DNA of 29,506 nt, taken from contig JAVVGF010000008.1 of the NCBI GenBank assembly GCA_032249235.1, positions 1 to 29,506 on the forward strand. The letters are read 5' to 3'. Position 1 is the first letter of the stretch, and each line of letters starts with the position of its first letter. Both the position numbers and the translations under genes were made by a program. The notes beneath the pieces were generated by a model. The model had not been told where the DNA came from. It worked only from the letters and a program-made list of their open reading frames with translations, and did not search any database. Of the stretch, positions 27,915-29,506 are shown piece by piece. The DNA comes from Thermoproteota archaeon. GTDB lineage: Archaea > Thermoproteota > Thermoprotei > Gearchaeales > Gearchaeaceae.

Positions 27915-28232
27915 TTATGTTTTCCTTTTTAGCCGCATGAAATAGATAGCTACTCCAACAGCTAAGATTGCTAATACAAAGACCAAAACGATATAGGGAA
28001 ACAACGAACTCATATCAATAGATGGAGTTGTAAAAGTTATCGTAGTTGTAAAGGTAGCTGTTGAGATAATTGTAGTTGGTGAAGTAATGGTAGCAGTAAT
28101 TGGAGTTGTAATGGTAGTTGAGGTAATAACTGTAGTCGTACTAGTAACTGTAGTTGTTGTTGCAAAACCGCCTACGACTGACGTATCAGTCTCCCAAGCA
28201 ACTCCATTGAATACAGCCTTTACTATTACCAC
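27915..28232 (-). CDS. Thr-rich, C-terminally membrane-anchored cell-surface protein (possibly a 5'-truncated remnant)
   Basis: Long Thr-rich linker, one hydrophobic TM helix and a basic tail (MRLKRKT). The frame stays open upstream to 28433 with no canonical start codon. Confidence 0.6.
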   Translation of the reverse strand: MVIVKAVFNGVAWETDTSVVGGFATTTTVTSTTTVITSTTITTPITATITSPTTIISTATFTTTITFTTPSIDMSSLFPYIVLVFVLAILAVGVAIYFMRLKRKT

Positions 28233-28474
28233 GTTTCCAGGATAGAAAATGCTTGAAGAAAGTTGAGGTGTCTCAGGATCAGCGTCAGGACTTCCAAGTA
28301 TGATTGCATGATATATTAGTATGTTTGCTTCTGTATAGCTTCCTTGAATTATTTTTAAAATTTCATAGGTTAGGTACTCCTCACATATATAAAGTAATAT
28401 TAATATGATTATAAAAATAGGATTCTGAATATTTTATTTTACTAAGGTTTATATAATCTCTTTTTATTTACTTG

Positions 28475-29155
28475 ATGTCTAATATGAATGAAAAAATAGA
28501 CATCTCTAAAAGAAAATTTATAAAAGGGGCCGTCGCTACCATAATGACTTTGCCTTTACTCTCAACAATAGAAATAAGTCCTGAAGTTGAGAAGAAAGAG
28601 GTTAAGAAAAGATGGGCTATGTTTATTGATGTAAGCAAATGTTATGGTTGTATGGCTTGTGTTGTTGCTTGCGCTGCTGAGAACAATGTTCCAATTGGAG
28701 TTTTCAGAACTTGGGTTGAGAGACATGTGCTCCCTAGCGGTTCTGTAGTTTTTGTTCCTAAGCAATGTAATCATTGCGATAATCCTCCATGTGTTAAACC
28801 ATGTCCCACGGGTGCTACTTTTAAGACTAAAGACGGTCTTGTTCTTGTAGATCCAGAAAAGTGTATTGGCTGTGGAGCATGCATAGTAAGCTGTCCTTAT
28901 GGTGCAAGATATTTTAATCCTTTAACAGGAGCTGCAGATAAATGTACTTTCTGTTCACATAGAATATATAATGGCAGACTTCCAGCATGTGTTGAAGCTT
29001 GTCCAACAAGAGCTAGAGTTTTCGGTGATCTTAATGATCCAAATTCTGAAATAAGAAAGCTCGTTGATAAAATACCTACTAAAGTTTTGAAACCTCAGAC
29101 AGGTGCTGAGCCTGAAATATATTATTTTGCTTTACCTGAAGAAGCTTCAAAATGA
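28475..29155 (+). CDS. ttrB: 4x[4Fe-4S] electron-transfer subunit (TtrB/PsrB/NrfC family) with Tat-like signal
   Basis: Four Cys groups (CYGCMACVVAC, CNHCDNPPCVKPC, CIGCGACIVSC, CTFC...PACVEAC). N-terminal SKRKFIK followed by a hydrophobic stretch. Confidence 0.8.
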   Translation: MSNMNEKIDISKRKFIKGAVATIMTLPLLSTIEISPEVEKKEVKKRWAMFIDVSKCYGCMACVVACAAENNVPIGVFRTWVERHVLPSGSVVFVPKQCNHCDNPPCVKPCPTGATFKTKDGLVLVDPEKCIGCGACIVSCPYGARYFNPLTGAADKCTFCSHRIYNGRLPACVEACPTRARVFGDLNDPNSEIRKLVDKIPTKVLKPQTGAEPEIYYFALPEEASK

Positions 29156-29506
29156 GCTATCCAACATATCCTGGGGGGTATATGTATCCTAATGAGGGTT
29201 TAATATGGCTACCAATAATAGTTACCTACATGGTATTCATAGCAACAGCTTCTGGTTCAGCCATCATGTTAAGCTTAGGAGTTTTATTTGACAAAAGTGC
29301 TTTAAGAAGAATGGTACCGCTTTTCCTAATGATGTCAATAGCAACGGCTCTTGTTTACCTACTTGGACCCTTAGCTGATCTGAGAAGACCTGATAGAGCT
29401 CCTTACTTATTTTTGTATCCACATGTATTTCCTTCAGAGATATATCCTGGCATCTCTATAATTTCATTCATGGCTACCATAATGTGGCCTCTTCTTATAA
29501 TATTAC
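29152..29506 (+). CDS. NrfD/PsrC/TtrC-family membrane anchor subunit (partial, runs off window; not in the ORF track)
   Basis: ATG overlaps the previous TGA (ATGA). Translates as MSYPTYPGGYMYPNEGLIWLPIIVTYMVFIATASGS...GPLADLRRPDRA..., with the NrfD-like W-x-x-x-I-x-x-Y and DLxRPxR motifs. Confidence 0.8.
   Translation, partial: MSYPTYPGGYMYPNEGLIWLPIIVTYMVFIATASGSAIMLSLGVLFDKSALRRMVPLFLMMSIATALVYLLGPLADLRRPDRAPYLFLYPHVFPSEIYPGISIISFMATIMWPLLIIL

Noticed and set aside
28020-28165. Repetitive GTA/GTT-rich tract suggesting a tandem repeat or CRISPR array
   Set aside because: It is explained by Thr codons of the minus-strand linker. There is no repeat-spacer periodicity.
1635-28774. Numerous short antisense or alternate-frame ORFs in the track (e.g. 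1635-1916, 2115-2423, 2817-3074, 3940-4443, 5435-5689, 12274-12534, 15639-16037, 22584-22793, 28562-28774)
   Set aside because: They lie within well-supported genes and show no motifs. They are shadow ORFs.

Overview
AT-rich, very gene-dense archaeal chromosome segment. Features typical of TACK/crenarchaeal genomes include a single-OB-fold SSB, a Sulfolobus-like MerA, a long Sulfolobus-type malate synthase, TATA boxes about 25 nt before start codons and many GTG starts. From left to right it holds: (1) a mercury-resistance-like cluster (HMA chaperone, Cys-Cys membrane protein, Cys-rich HxlR-family regulator, divergent merA) with operator-like palindromes; (2) an MFS transporter, carbamate kinase and a nucleoside phosphorylase; (3) malate synthase, isocitrate lyase and ADP-forming acyl-CoA synthetase alpha/beta; (4) a rhomboid protease; (5) F420 biosynthesis genes cofD-cofC-cofE; (6) a ureohydrolase and a DUF309 protein; (7) ThiI with a rhodanese domain, a class II amidotransferase, endonuclease IV and two MFS transporters; (8) SSB and an XPD-type helicase; (9) a GlcD/GlcF-type 2-hydroxyacid dehydrogenase pair; (10) a Thr-rich membrane-anchored ORF; (11) the start of a ttrB/ttrC-like (4Fe-4S + NrfD) respiratory operon that runs off the window. 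I found no rRNA, tRNA, CRISPR array or mobile element. The best candidate for an undescribed system is the mer-like locus, which appears to be controlled by an HxlR/DUF24 regulator with CxC motifs rather than by MerR or ArsR. All calls come from reading motifs by eye; no database searches were run.
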